A DNA stretch of 64,000 nucleotides from Azolla caroliniana (Eukaryota > Plantae > Polypodiophyta): positions 1-64,000 of the forward strand of contig JBHGNT010000035.1 in the NCBI GenBank assembly GCA_043228905.1, given 5' to 3'. Under the pieces are notes generated by a model that worked only from the letters and a program-made list of their open reading frames with translations, had not been told where the DNA came from and ran no database searches. This document shows positions 36,401-52,200 of this stretch, piece after piece (within the stretch, counting starts at the first letter, position 1; every line of letters starts with the position of its first letter). The translations under genes and the position numbers were made by a program.

Positions 36401-39400
36401 GAGCCAGGTATGAACATTTTAATTTACTCAAGGGCTCCTCTGAACTCCCTGGTCAAGGTTGCTAATTTCGTCATGTCTCTCGACCTGAGTTTCAAAATCT
36501 TGATTTTTTAATTCCATATCATAGCTAGCATTGTTACCTTCGATTCGCATGTTTGAACACATAAATCCAATATGACACAAGCCAGGTATGAACATTTTAA
36601 TTTACCTACTAGCTCTTCTCAACTCACTCCTCAAATTTGGTAATTTCGTCATGTCTCTCGACCTGAGTTTCAAAATCTTGATTTTTTAATTCTATATCAT
36701 AGCTAGTGTTGTTAGCTTCGATTCGCATGTTTGAACACAAAAATCCGATATCACACGAGCCAGGTATGAACATTTTAATTTACTCAAGGGCTCCTCTGAA
36801 CTCCCTGGTCAAGGTTGCTAATTTCGTCATGTCTCTCGACCTGAGTTTCAAAATCTTGATTTTTTAATTCCATATCATAGCTAGCATTGTTACCTTCTAT
36901 TCGCATGTTTGAACACATAAATCCAATATGACACAAGCCAGGTATGAACATTTTAATTTACCTACTAGCTCTTCTCAACTCACTCCTCAAATTTGGTAAT
37001 TTCGTCATGTCTCTCGACCTGAGTTTCAAAATCTTGAATTTTTAATTCCATATTATAGCTAGCGTTGTTAGATTCGATTCGCATGTTTGAACACAAAAAT
37101 CCGATATCAGACGAGCCAGGTAGGAACATTTTAATTTACTCAACAACTCCTCTCAACTCCCTCCTCAAGTTTGCTATTTTCGTCATGTTTCTCGACCTGA
37201 GTTTCAAAATCTTGATTTTTTAATTCCATATCATAGGTAGCGTTGTTAGCTTCGATTCCCATGTTTGAACACAAAAATCCGATATCACACGAGCCAGGTA
37301 GGAACATTTTAATTTACTGAAGGGCTCCTCTCAACTCCCTCCTCAAGTTTGCTAATTTCGTCATGTCTCTCGACCTGAGTTTCAAAATCTTGATTTTTTA
37401 ATTCCATATCATAGCTAGCGTTGTTAGATTCGATTCGCATGTTTGAACACAAAAATCCGATATCACACGAGCTAGGTAGGAACATTTTAATTTAATCTAG
37501 GGGTCTTCTCAACTCCCTCTTCAAGTTTGCTAATTTCGTCATGTTTGTCGACCTTAGTTTCAAAATCTTGATTTTATAATTCCATATCATAGGTAGCGTT
37601 GTTAGGTTCGATTCGCATGTTTGAACACAAAAATCCGATATGACACGAGCCAGGTATGAACATTTTAATTTACCTAATAGCTCTTCTCAACTCACTCCTC
37701 ATATTTTGTAATTTCGTCATGTCTCTCGTCCTGAGTTTCAAAATCCTGATTTTTTAATTCTATATCATAGCTAGCGTTGTTAGCTTCGATTCGCATGTTT
37801 GAACACAAAAATCCGATATCACACGAGCCAGGTATGGACATTTTAATTTACTCAAGGGCTCCTCTCAACTCCCTCCTCAAGTTTGCTAATTTCTTCATAT
37901 CTCTCGACCTGAGTTTCAAAATCTTGATTTTATAATTCCATATCATAGCTAGCGTTGTTAGCTTCGATTCGCATGTTTGAACATGAAAATCCGATATCAT
38001 ACGAGCCAGGTACGAATATTTTAATTTACTCAAGGGCTCCTCTCAACTCCCTCCTCAAGTTTGCTAATTTCGTCATGCCTCTTGACCTGAGTTTCAAAAT
38101 CTTGATTTTTTAATTCCATATCATAGCTTGCGTAGTTAGCTTCGATTCGCATGTCTGAACACAAAAATCCGATATCACACGAGCCAGGTAGGAACATTTT
38201 AATTTACTGAAGGGCTCCTCTCAACTCCCTCCTCAAGTTTGCTATTTTCGTCATGTCTCTCGACCTGAGTTTCAAAATCTTGATTTTGTAATTCCATATC
38301 ATAGCTAGCGTTGTTAGCTTCGATTCGCATGTTTGAACACAAAAATCCGATATGACACGAGCCAGGTATGAACATTTTAATTTACCTAATAGCTCTTCTC
38401 AACTCACTCCTCATATTTTGTAATTTCGTCATGTCTCTCGACCTGAGTTTCAAAATCCTGATTTTTTAATTCCATATCATAGCTAGCATTGTTACCTTCG
38501 ATTCGCATGTTTGAACACATAAATCCCATATGACACAAGCCAGGTATGAACATTTTAATTTACCTACTAGCTCTTCTCAACTCACTCCTAAAATTTGGTA
38601 ATTTCGTCATGTCTCTCGACCTGAGTTTCAAAATCTTGACTTTTTAATTCCATATCATAGCTAGCGTTGTTAGATTCGATTCGCATGTTTGAACACAAAA
38701 ATCCGATATCAGACGAGCCAGGTAGGAACATTTTAATTTACTCAACAACTCCTCTCAACTCCCTCCTCAAGTTTGCTATTTTCGTCATGTTTCTCGACCT
38801 GAGTTTCAAAATCTTGATTTTTTAATTCCATATCATAGCTTGCGTTGTTAGCTTCGATTCGCATGTTTGAACACAAAAATCCGATATCACACGAGCCAGG
38901 TAGGAACATTTTAATTTACTGAAGGGCTCCTCTCAACTCCCTCCTCAAGTTTGCTATTTTCGTCATGTCTCTCGACCTGAGTTTTAAAATCTTGATTTTT
39001 CAATTCCATATCATAGCTAGCGTTGTTAGCTTCGAATCGCATGTTTGAACACGAAAATCCGATATCATACGAGCCAGGTACGAATATTTTAATTTACTCA
39101 AGGGCTCCTCTCAACTCCCTCCTCAAGTTTGCTAATTTCGTCATGCCTCTGGACCTGAGTTTCAAAATCTTGATTTTTTAATTCCATATCATAGCTTGCG
39201 TTGTTAGCTTCGATTCGCATGTCTGAACACAAAAATCCGATATCACACGAGCCAGGTATGAACATTTTAATTTACCTACTAGCTCTTCTCAACTCACTCC
39301 TCATATTTTGTAATTTCGTCATGTCTCTCGTCCTGAGTTTCAAAATCCTGATTTTTTAATTCTATATCATAGCTAGCGTTGTTAGCTTCGATTCGCATGT

Positions 39401-42400
39401 TTGAACACAAAAATCCGATATCACACGAGCCAGGTATGGACATTTTAATTTACCTACTAGCTCTTCTCAACTCCCTCCTCGAATTTGGTAATTTCGTCAT
39501 GTCTGTCGACCTGAGTTTCAAAATCTTGATTATTTAATTCCATATCAAAACTAGCGTTGTTAGCTTCGATTCGCATGTTTGAACACAAAAATCCGATATC
39601 ACACGAGCCAGGTATGAACATTTTAATTTACTCAAGGGCTCCTCTCAACTCCCTCCTCAAGTTTGCTAATTTCTTCATATCTCTTGACCTAAGTTTCAAA
39701 ATCTTGATTTTTTAATTCATATCATAGCTAGCGTTATTAGCTTCGATTTGCATGTTTGAACACAAAAATCCGATATCACACTCGCCAGGTATGAACATTT
39801 TAATTTACCTAGTAGCTCTTCTCAACTCACTCCTCAAATTTGGTAATTTCGTCATGTCTCTCGACCTGAGTTTCAAAATCTTGATTTTTTAATTCCATAT
39901 CATAACTAGCATTGTTAGCTTCGATTCGCATGTTGGAACACAAAAATCCGATATCACACGAGCCAGGTATGAAAATTTTAATTTACTCAAGGGCTCCTCT
40001 CAACTCCCTCCTCAAGGTTGCTAATTTCGTCATGTCTCTCGACCTGAGTTTCAAAATCTTGATTTTTTAATTCCATATCATAGCTAGCATTGTTACCTTC
40101 GATTCTCATGTTTGAACACATAAATCCCATATGACACAAGCCAGGTATGAACATTTTAATTTACCTACTAGCTCTTCTCAACTCACTCCTAAAATTTGGT
40201 AATTTCGTCATGTCTCTCGACCTGAGTTTCAAAATCTTGACTTTTTAATTCCATATCATAGCTAGCGTTGTTAGATTCGATTCGCATGTTTGAACACAAA
40301 AATCCGATATCGGACGAGCCAGGTAGGAACATTTTAATTTACTTAACAACTCCTCTCAACTCCCTGGTCAAGTTTGCTATTTTCGTCATGTTTCTCAACC
40401 TGAGTTTCAAAATCTTGATTTTTTAATTCCATATCATAGGTAGCGTTGTTAGCTTCGATTCGCATGTTTGAACACAAAAATCCGATATCACACGAGCCAG
40501 GTAGGAACATTTTAATTTACTGAAGGGCTCCTCTCAACTCCCTCCTCAAGTTTGCTATTTTCGTCATGTCTCTCGTCCTGAGTTTCAAAATCCTGATTTT
40601 TTAATTCTATATCATAGCTAGCGTTGTTAGCTTCGATTCGCATGTTTGAACACAAAAATCCGATATCACACGAGCCAGGTAGGAACATTTTAATTTACTC
40701 AAGGGCTCCTCTCAACTCCCTCCTCAAGTTTGCTAATTTCGTCATGTCTCTTGACTTGAGTTTCAAAATCTTGATTTTCTAATTCATATCATAGCTAGCG
40801 TTATTAGCTTCGATTTGCATGTTTGAACACAAAAATACGATATCACACTCGCCAGGTATGAACATTTTAATTTACCTAGTAGCTCTTCTCAACTCACTCC
40901 TCAAATTTGGTTATTTCGTCATGTCTCTCGACCTGAGTTTCAAAATCTTGATTTTTTAATTCCATATCATAACTAGCATTGTTAGCTTCGATTCGCATGT
41001 TGGAACACAAAAATCCGATATCACACGAGCCAGGTATGAACATTTTAATTTACTCAAGGGCTCCTCTGAACTCCCTGGTCAAGGTTGCTAATTTCGTCAT
41101 GTCTCTCGACCTGAGTTTCAAAATCTTGATTTTTTAATTCCATATCATAGCTAGCATTGTTACCTTCGATTCGCATGTTTGAACACATAAATCCAATATG
41201 ACACAAGCCAGGTATGAACATTTTAATTTACCTACTAGCTCTTCTCAACTCACTCCTAAAATTTGGTAATTTCGTCATGTCTCTCGACCTGAGTTTCAAA
41301 ATCTTGACTTTTTAATTCCATATCATAGCTAGCGTTGTTAGATTCGATTCGCATGTTTGAACACAAAAATCCGATATCAGACGAGCCAGGTAGGAACATT
41401 TTAATTTACTCAACAACTCCTCTCAACTCCCTCCTCAAGTTTGCTATTTTCGTCATGTTTCTCGACCTGAGTTTCAAAATCTTGATTTTTTAATTCCATA
41501 TCATAGGTAGCGTTGTTAGCTTCGATTCGCATGTTTGAACACAAAAATCCGATATCACACGAGCCAGGTAGGAACATTTTAATTTACTGAAGGGCTCCTC
41601 TCAACTCCCTCCTCAAGTTTGCTATTTTCGTCATGTCTCTCGACCTGAGTTTCAAAATCTTGATTTTGTAATTCCATATCATAGCTAGCGTTGTTAGCTT
41701 CGATTCGCATGTTTGAACACAAAAATCCGATATGACACGAGCCAGGTATGAACATTTTAATTTACCTAATAGCTCTTCTCAACTCACTCCTCATATTTTG
41801 TAATTTCGTCATGTCTCTCGACCTGAGTTTCAAAATCCTGATTTTTTAATTCCATATCATAGCTAGCATTGTTACCTTCGATTCGCATGTTTGAACACAA
41901 AAATCCCATATGACACAAGCCAGGTATGAACATTTTAATTTACCTACTAGCTCTTCTCAACTCACTCCTCAAATTTGGTAATTTCGTCATGTCTCTCGAC
42001 CTGAGTTTCAAAATCTTGATTTTTTAACTCCATATCACTGCTAGCATTGTTACCTTCGATTCGCATGTTTGAACACAAAAATCCGATATCACACGAGCCA
42101 GGTAGGAACATTTTAATTTACTCTAGGGGTCCTCACAACTCCCTCTTCAAGTTTGCTAATTTCGTCATGTCTCTCGATGTGAGTTTCAAAATATTGATTT
42201 TTTAATTCCATATCATAGCTAGCGTTGTTAGCTTCGATTCGCATGTTTGAACACAAAAATCCGATATCGGACGAGCCAGGTAGGAACATTTTAATTTACT
42301 GAAGGGCTCCTCTCAACTCCCTCCTCAAGTTTGCTATTTTCGTCATGTCTCTCGACCTGAGTTTCAAAATCTTGATTTTGTAATTCCATATCATAGCTAG

Positions 42401-45400
42401 CGTTGTTAGCTTCGATTCGCATGTTTGAACACAAAAATCCGATATGACACGAGCCAGGTATGAACATTTTAATTTACCTAATAGCTCTTCTCAACTCACT
42501 CCTCATATTTTGTAATTTCGTCATGTCTCTCGACCTGAGTTTCAAAATCTTGATTTTTTAATTCCATATCATAGCTAGCATTGTTACCTTCGATTCGCAT
42601 GTTTGAACACATAAATCCCATATGACACAAGCCAGGTATGAACATTTTAATTTACCTACTAGCTCTTCTCAACTCACTCCTAAAATTTGGTAATTTCGTC
42701 ATGTCTCTCGACCTGAGTTTCAAAATCTTGACTTTTTAATTCCATATCATAGCTAGCGTTGTTAGATTCGATTCGCATGTTTGAACACAAAAATCCGATA
42801 TCAGACGAGCCAGGTAGGAACATTTTAATTTACTCAACAACTCCTCTCAACTCCCTCCTCAAGTTTGCTATTTTCGTCATGTTTCTCGACCTGAGTTTCA
42901 AAATCTTGATTTTTTAATTCCATATCATAGCTTGCGTTGTTAGCTTCGATTCGCATGTTTGAACACAAAAATCCGATATCACACGAGCCAGGTAGGAACA
43001 TTTTAATTTACTGAAGGGCTCCTCTCAACTCCCTCCTCAAGTTTGCTATTTTCGTCATGTCTCTCGACCTGAGTTTTAAAATCTTGATTTTTCAATTCCA
43101 TATCATAGCTAGCGTTGTTAGCTTCGAATCGCATGTTTGAACACGAAAATCCGATATCATACGAGCCAGGTACGAATATTTTAATTTACTCAAGGGCTCC
43201 TCTCAACTCCCTCCTCAAGTTTGCTAATTTCGTCATGCCTCTGGACCTGAGTTTCAAAATCTTGATTTTTTAATTCCATATCATAGCTTGCGTTGTTAGC
43301 TTCGATTCGCATGTCTGAACACAAAAATCCGATATCACACGAGCCAGGTATGAACATTTTAATTTACCTACTAGCTCTTCTCAACTCACTCCTCATATTT
43401 TGTAATTTCGTCATGTCTCTCGTCCTGAGTTTCAAAATCCTGATTTTTTAATTCTATATCATAGCTAGCGTTGTTAGCTTCGATTCGCATGTTTGAACAC
43501 AAAAATCCGATATCACACGAGCCAGGTATGGACATTTTAATTTACCTACTAGCTCTTCTCAACTCCCTCCTCGAATTTGGTAATTTCGTCATGTCTGTCG
43601 ACCTGAGTTTCAAAATCTTGATTTTATAATTCCATATCATAGGTAGCGCTGTTAGCTTCGATTCGCATGTTTGAACACAAAAATCCGATATCACACGAGC
43701 CAGGTATGAACATTTTAATTTACCTAATAGCTCTTCTCAACTCACTCCTCATATTTTGTAATTTCGTCATGTCTCTCGTCCTGAGTTTCAAAATCCTGAT
43801 TTTTTAATTCTATATCATAGCTAGCGTTGTTAGCTTCGATTCGCATGTTTGAACACAAAAATCCGATATCACACGAGCCAGGTATGAACATTTTAATTTA
43901 CTGAAGGGCTCCTCTCAACTCCCTCCTCAAGTTTGCTAATTTCGTCATGTCTCTTGACTTGAGTTTCAAAATCTTGATTTTCTAATTCATATCATAGCTA
44001 GCGTTATTAGCTTCGATTTGCATGTTTGAACACAAAAATACGATATCACACTCGCCAGGTATGAACATTTTAATTTACCTAGTAGCTCTTCTCAACTCAC
44101 TCCTCAAATTTGGTTATTTCGTCATGTCTCTCGACCTGAGTTTCAAAATCTTGATTTTTTAATTCCATATCATAACTAGCATTGTTAGCTTCGATTCGCA
44201 TGTTTGAACACAAAAATCCGATATCACACGAACCAGGTATGAACATTTTAATTTACTCAAGGGCTCCTCTGAACTCCCTGGTCAAGGTTGCTAATTTCGT
44301 CATGTCTCTCGACCTGAGTTTCAAAATCTTGATTTTTTAATTCCATATCATAGCTAGCATTGTTACCTTCGATTCGCATGTTTGAACACATAAATCCAAT
44401 ATGACACAAGCCAGGTATGAACATTTTAATTTACCTACTAGCTCTTCTCAACTCACTCCTCAAATTTGGTAATTTTGTCATGTCTCTCGACCTGAGTTTC
44501 AAAATCTTGACTTTTTAATTCCATATCATAGCTAGCGTTGTTAGATTCGATTCGCATGTTTGAACACAAAAATCCGATATCAGACGAGCCAGGTAGGAAC
44601 ATTTTAATTTACTCAACAACTCCTCTCAACTCCCTCCTCAAGTTTGCTATTTTCGTCATGTTTCTCGACCTGAGTTTCAAAATCTTGAATTTTTAATTCC
44701 ATATCATAGGTAGCGTTGTTAGCTTCGATTCGCATGTTTGAACACAAAAATCCGATATCACACGAGCCAGGTTGGAACATTTTAATTTACTGAAGGGCTC
44801 CTCTCAACTCCCTCCTCAAGTTTGCTATTTTCGTCATGTCTCTCGACCTAAGTTTAAAATCTTGAGTTTTTAAATCCACATCATAGCTAGCGTTGTTAGC
44901 TTCAATTCGCATATTTGAACACAAAAATCCGATATCACACTCGCCAGGTATGAATATTTTAATTTACCTACTAGCTCTTCTCAACTCACTCCTCAAATTT
45001 GGTAATTTCGTCATGTCTCTCGACCTGAGTTTCAAAATCTTGATTTTTTAACTCCATATCACTGCTAGCATTGTTACCTTCGATTCGCATGTTTGAACAC
45101 AAAAATCCGATATCACACGAGCCAGGTAGGAACATTTTAATTTACTCTAGGGGTCCTCACAACTCCCTCTTCAAGTTTGCTAATTTCGTCATGTCTCTCG
45201 ATGTGAGTTTCAAAATCTTGATTTTTTAATTCCATATCATAGCTAGCGTTGTTAGCTTCGATTCGCATGTTTGAACACAAAAATCCGATATCACACGAGC
45301 CAGGTAGGAACATTTTAATTTACTGAAGGGCTCCTCTCAACTCCCTCCTCAAGTTTGCTATTTTCGTCATGTCTCTCGACCTGAGTTTCAAAATCTTGAT

Positions 45401-48400
45401 TTTGTAATTCCATATCATAGCTAGCGTTGTTAGCTTCGAATCGCATGTTTGAACACGAAAATCCGATATCATACGAGCCAGGTACGAATATTTTAATTTA
45501 CTCAAGGGCTCCTCTCAACTCCCTCCTCAAGTTTGCTAATTTCGTCATGCCTCTGGACCTGAGTTTCAAAATCTTGATTTTTTAATTCCATATCATAGCT
45601 TGCGTTGTTAGCTTCGATTCGCATGTCTGAACACAAAAATCCGATATCACACGAGCCAGGTATGAACATTTTAATTTACCTACTAGCTCTTCTCAACTCA
45701 CTCCTCATATTTTGTAATTTCGTCATGTCTCTCGTCCTGAGTTTCAAAATCCTGATTTTTTAATTCTATATCATAGCTAGCGTTGTTAGCTTTGATTCGC
45801 ATGTTTGAACACAAAAATCCGATATCACACGAGCCAGGTATGGACATTTTAATTTACTCAAGGGCTCCTCTCAACTCCCTCCTCAAGTTTGCTAATTTCG
45901 TCATGTCTGTCGACCTGAGTTTCAAAATCTTGATTTTATAATTCCATATCATAGGTAGCGTTGTTAGCTTCGATTCGCATGTTTGAACACAAAAATCCGA
46001 TATCACACGAGCCAGGTATGAACATTTTAATTTACCTAATAGCTCTTCTCAACTCACTCCTCATATTTTGTAATTTCGTCATGTCTCTCGTCCTGAGTTT
46101 CAAAATCCTGATTTTTTAATTCTATATCATAGCTAGCGTTGTTAGCTTCGATTCGCATGTTTGAACACAAAAATCCGATATCACACGAGCCAGGTAGGAA
46201 CATTTTAATTTACTCAAGGGCTCCTCTCAACTCCCTCCTCAAGTTTGCTAATTTCGTCATGTCTCTTGACTTGAGTTTCAAAATCTTGATTTTCTAATTC
46301 ATATCATAGCTAGCGTTATTAGCTTCGATTTGCATGTTTGAACACAAAAATACGATATCAAACTCGCCAGGTATGAACATTTTAATTTACCTAGTAGCTC
46401 TTCTCAACTCACTCCTCAAATTTGGTTATTTCGTCATGTCTCTCGACCTGAGTTTCAAAATCTTGATTTTTTAATTCCATATCATAACTAGCATTGTTAG
46501 CTTCGATTCGCATGTTTGAACACAAAAATCCGATATCACACGAGCCAGGTATGAACATTTTAATTTACTCAAGGGCTCCTCTGAACTCCCTGGTCAAGGT
46601 TGCTAATTTCGTCATGTCTCTCGACCTGAGTTTCAAAATCTTGATTTTTTAATTCCATATCATAGCTAGCATTGTTACCTTCGATTCGCATGTTTGAACA
46701 CATAAATCCAATATGACACAAGCCAGGTATGAACATTTTAATTTACCTACTAGCTCTTCTCAACTCACTCCTCAAATTTGGTAATTTTGTCATGTCTCTC
46801 GACCTGAGTTTCAAAATCTTGACTTTTTATTCCATATCATAGCTAGCGTTGTTAGATTCGATTCGCATGTTTGAACACAAAAATCCGATATCAGACGAGC
46901 CAGGTAGGAACATTTTAATTTACTCAACAACTCCTCTCAACTCCCTCCTCAAGTTTGCTATTTTCGTCATGTTTCTCGACCTGAGTTTCAAAATCTTGAA
47001 TTTTTAATTCCATATCATAGGTAGCGTTGTTAGCTTCGATTCGCATGTTTGAACACAAAAATCCGATATCACACGAGCCAGGTAGGAACATTTTAATTTA
47101 CTGAAGGGCTCCTCTCAACTCCCTCCTCAAGTTTGCTATTTTCGTCATGTCTCTCGACCTAAGTTTAAAATCTTGAGTTTTTAAATCCACATCATAGCTA
47201 GCGTTGTTAGCTTCGATTCGCATATTTGAACACAAAAATCCGATATCACACTCGCCAGGTATGAATATTTTAATTTACCTACTAGCTCTTCTCAACTCAC
47301 TCCTCAAATTTGGTAATTTCGTCATGTCTCTCGACCTGAGTTTCAAAATCTTGATTTTTTAACTCCATATCACTGCTAGCATTGTTACCTTCGATTCGCA
47401 TGTTTGAACACAAAAATCCGATATCACACGAGCCAGGTAGGAACATTTTAATTTACTCTAGGGGTCCTCACAACTCCCTCTTCAAGTTTGCTAATTTCGT
47501 CATGTCTCTCGATGTGAGTTTCAAAATCTTGATTTTTTAATTCCATATCATAGCTAGCGTTGTTAGATTCGATTCGCATGTTTGAACACAAAAATCCGAT
47601 TTCACACGAGCCAGGTATGGACATTTTAGTTTACTCAAGGGCTCCTCTCAACTCCCTCCACAAGTTTGCTAATTTCTTCATATATGTCGACCTGAGTTTC
47701 AAAATCATGAGTTTTTAAATCCACATCATAGCTAGCGTTATTAGCTTCGATTCGCATGTTTGAATACAAAAATCCGATATCACACTCGCCAGGTATGAAT
47801 ATTTAAATTTACCTACCTACTCTTCTCAACTCCCTCCTCGAATTTGGTAATTTTGTCATGTCTCTCGACCCTAGTTTGAAAATCTTAATTTTTTAATTCC
47901 TTATCATAGCTAGCGTTGTTAGCTTTGATTCGCATGTTTGAACACATAAATCCGATATGACACTCGCTAGGTATGAACATTTAAATTTACCTACTAGCTC
48001 TTCTCAACTCACTCCTCAAATTTGGTAATTTCCTCATGTCTCTCGACCTGAGTTTCAAAATCTTGATTTTTTAATTCCATATCATAGGTACCGTTGTTAG
48101 CTTCGATTCGCATGTTTGAATACAAAAATCCGATATCACACGAGCCAGGTATGGACATTTTCGTTTACTCAAGGGCTCCTCTGAACTCCCTCCTCATGTT
48201 TGCTAATTTCGTCATGTCTCTCGACCTGAGTTTCAAAATCTTGATTTTTTAATTTCATATCATAGCTAGCGTTGTTAGCTTCGATTCGCATGTCTGAACA
48301 CAAAAATCCGATATCACACGAGCTAGGTATGAACATTTTAATTTACCTACTAGCTCTTCTCAACTCACTCCTCGAATTTAGTAATTTCGTCATGTCTCTC

Positions 48401-48799
48401 GACCTGAGTTTCAAAATCTTGATTTTTTAATTCCATATCAAAACTAGCGTTGTTAGCTTCGATTCGCATGTTTGAACACAAAAATCCGATATCACACGAG
48501 CCAGTTATGAACATTTTAATTTACTCAAGGGCTCCTCTCAACTCCCTCCTCAAGTTTGCTAATTTCTTCATATCTCTCGACCTAAGTTTAAAATCTTGAG
48601 TTTTTAAATCCACATCATAGCTAGCGTTGTTAGCTTCGATTCGCATATTTGAACACAAAAATCCGATATCACACTCGCCAGGTATGAATATTTTAATTTA
48701 CCTACTAGCTCTTCTCAACTCACTCCTCAAATTTGGTAATTTCGTCATGTCTCTCGACCTGAGTTTCAAAATCTTGATTTTTTAACTCCATATCATTGC
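21430..48799. repeat. 178-bp tandem satellite array, central block, with multi-monomer HORs and local duplications
   Basis: Period 178 (e.g. 22148 to 22326). Rare variants recur at near-integer monomer multiples: 2489 (14-mer), 1065 (6-mer), 1958 (11-mer), 2670 (15-mer), 4092 (23-mer). Confidence 0.97.
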
Positions 48800-49255
48800 T
48801 GTCAGGAACGCTACCTAGGCGGAGAAGGAATTAGTACTAAAAGAAGGATTAGTACAATTGTTGAGAACAGTACTAAGACAGAGAAGGATTAGTACTATGA
48901 GAGGTGTAGAACGTTGAGAGAAGGAACGAGTGAGAGGGAGAGAGAGAGAGAGAGAGAGAGAATGATGATACGAAGGATATATGTATTAGGTGAAGGAAAA
49001 TATACAATAACAGCTAGAAGGCTTAAGACTGGCGTTGAACCGATTTGGTTCGAACTAATGCCTTGCGCCTCCTTTTATAGTGTCTTCAGGAATACTCCTG
49101 AAGTTTCTAGAATGTTCCAGAGAAATCTGGAATATACATCCATTTCCTAATAAAATATAAATGAAAATAATATACTTCGAATTACAATGTATAATATAAC
49201 GGTAAAGACTCGACCCATGTAACAACAGGTTATGGGTTCGAGTCTAGTTATGACA
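48800..49255 (-). repeat. 3' LTR
   Basis: Direct repeat of 54111-54566, adjacent to the PPT. Contains a (GA)n tract and three short GAAGGA(A)TTAGTAC repeats. Confidence 0.97.
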
Positions 49256-52200
49256 CTATCCCCCCTTTAAAACGACGAGTTCCACGAGTCGTTTTAGATT
49301 GAGGACCCGGTTTCTCTGGATATCGACGATGGAAGTCTTCAAGAAGAGCACGAGCATTGGTCACGTTCTCGATCAGCTCCCAAGTACGCTCGCTGGGACT
49401 ATACCCTAGCCAATCGACTAGATAGTAGAGCTTATTGCGAACAATCTTGGAATCAAGGATGGCAGCGACCTCATACTCAGGTCCATCTTCAAGCTCGATA
49501 GGAGGTGGAGGTTGTGTAATCCGTCCTGGGATAGTGCTCTCGTGATAAGGTTCAAGGAGGGAACTATGAAATACCGGATGTATCCGAAGTTGCGGAGGTA
49601 GACCGAGACGAAAAGCGACATCATTAATCTTTCCGATAATACGGAAAGGACCTAATCGCCGATAATCCAATTTTTCACATGGGCGAGTAGTCTTGATGTG
49701 TCGTCGTAGCAGCCACACCCGATCCCCAATGTTAAAACTGGATGGAAGTCGATGACGATCTGCGTAGTCCTTGTGTGATTGTTGAGCATGCTGGAGTTGA
49801 GTAGATAAATCTTCTTGTATCTTGCGTAATCGCTCCAAACGATCCTCCGCGCACGGATTTGTGGACACTTCTGGGACTTCAAGGACAGACCACCGGGGAT
49901 GACATCCCGTATAAGCATAGAATGGCGTAACTTTAGTCGATGCGTGGATAGCGTTATTATAGGCAAATTCGGCGAAGTGAAGAATATCTGCCCAGTCATC
50001 CTGATGATAGCTGAGAAAGCACCGCAGATACTGCTCCAATGTTTGATTTGTTCGTTCGGCTTGACCGTCGGTTTGTGGGTGGTAGCCGGAGGAGAGGTTA
50101 CAAGTCACCTTGAGCATCTTAAAAAGGTGCTTCCAGAATTTGGATACAAACTGGGGTCCACGATCGCTAATGATACTATCGGGAAGTCCATGATGCCGAC
50201 ATACTTCCCGCATGACAATTTCGGCGGTGTCTTCACTAGATATTTCCTTAGTACATGGTAAGAAATGAGCCATCTTCGTATATCGATCCACCACTGTTAG
50301 AATCGCGTTGAACTCCTTAGAGACTGGAAGATCTGTGATGAAGTCGAGAGCAATGGATTGCCATGGCTTGCTTGGAATTGGTAATGGTTCTAATAAACCA
50401 TATGGATGATGCCTTGGCATTTTCGCTCTGCAACAGGTGTCACAAGTCCGAACAAAATCTTTGACAAATTGTTGCATACGGGGCCACCAGAATGATCGTT
50501 GTACTAAATCTAATGTTTTAGTACTACCGAAATGTCCTGCTGTATATGTGTCATGGCAGTTTTGTACTACTCGAAGGCGGCAAGAACCATTAGGAACATA
50601 CAAAAGTTCTTTAAAGAAGAGTAATCCATCACAGTATTTAAATTGCCGATAGTCAGTACCTGGTGGTTGTGACTGTGAACATGACGCTCGACAGGGGTCA
50701 ATTTGTGCTAGTATAGCTTGGGCGAAGGCGTCAGTCTTCAAGTCCTCACGTATAGTATTGGTGACGTCAGAGTCCATGGGCATGTCAAAGACCTGTGCTC
50801 CTTGTAGTCGTGCTGGTCCCAAGATTACTTGCTTCTGGTTATCGAAAGCTGGCTCCCCGGGACGTGGTGTTAGATACGAACGTCGTGATAATGCATCTGC
50901 CTTCCCTTGGTGCTTCCCCGGACGATATGTAATTTTGAAGTCGAAGCGTGTGAGGAAGTGGGCCCATCGAGCTTGACGTCGATTCAGTACACGAGCATCT
51001 TGAAAGTAGGCAAGGTTCTTGTGGTCACTGAATACAGTGACTTGATGAGGAGATCCCTCGAGAAAATGCCTCCACTGTATAAAAGAATCAACTATTGCCA
51101 ATAGCTCTTTATCGTGAATTTCGTAGTTGATTTCGGCGGCGTCAAACTTACGGGAGTGGAAAGCCACAGGATGCAGCTTCTCGTCATTACCCTGTTGTGA
51201 CAAAATGCTCCCCAATGCGAAATCAGATGCGTCAGCTTCGATAATGAATGGTTGTTCCGGATCCACATGACCTAGAATTGGAGCTGATGTGAACGCCTTC
51301 TTAAGACTCTCGAAAGCCATGTCCGTTTCTTTAGACCAGATAAATGATTGTCCTTTCCTGGTGAGCTGTGTGAGAGGCAGAACTATTTTTGAGTAGTCTT
51401 GTATGAACTTCCGGTAAAAATTTGCAAAGCCTAGGAAGCACTGCACATCCCGCACCGAACGCGGAGTTTGCCATTCTACCACCGTTTTGACCTTAGCTGG
51501 GTCCATAGAGATGCCTTCTGAGGAGATGACATATCCGAGAAATTCCACCTGGTTGCACCCGAAACTACATTTCTCTAGCTTTGCATATAGCCCATGTTCT
51601 CGAAGTCGTTTTAGTACTAATAGTACATGAGAATCATGTTCTTCTTGGGTCTTTGAATAAACCAGTAGATCATCTAAATAGATGATCAGAAAATCATCCA
51701 ATAGATCTCGAAATATATCATTCGCCATGTGCTGGAAGACTGCTGGCGCATTAGTGAGTCCGAACGGCATGACCGTATACTCGAAGTGCCCATATCTGGT
51801 GCGAAACGCGGTCTTCCATTCATCTCCTGGTCGGATTCGTACGAGGTTATAGGCTCCTCGTAAATCGATCTTCGTGAAGAACCTGGCACCATTGATTCGT
51901 TCTAAAAGACTTGAGATAAGGGGAAGAGCATACCTATTTCTTATTGTAACCTTATTCAAGCCACGGTAATCTACAACAAGTCGAAGCGAGCCATCTTTTT
52001 TCTTGACGAAGAAAATGGGTGCGCCGGCTGGAGATTTCGAATGCCGAATGAAACCGTTCTCCAAATTCTCCTCTATATAGGCTCGAAGGACTTCTAGCTC
52101 GGTTGGTGACAAACTGTAGATCGGCCCCCATGGCGGCTCTTTTCCCGGTTGTAAGTCGATGGCGCAATCGTACGGCCGATGATGAGGAAGTGTGTTGGCT

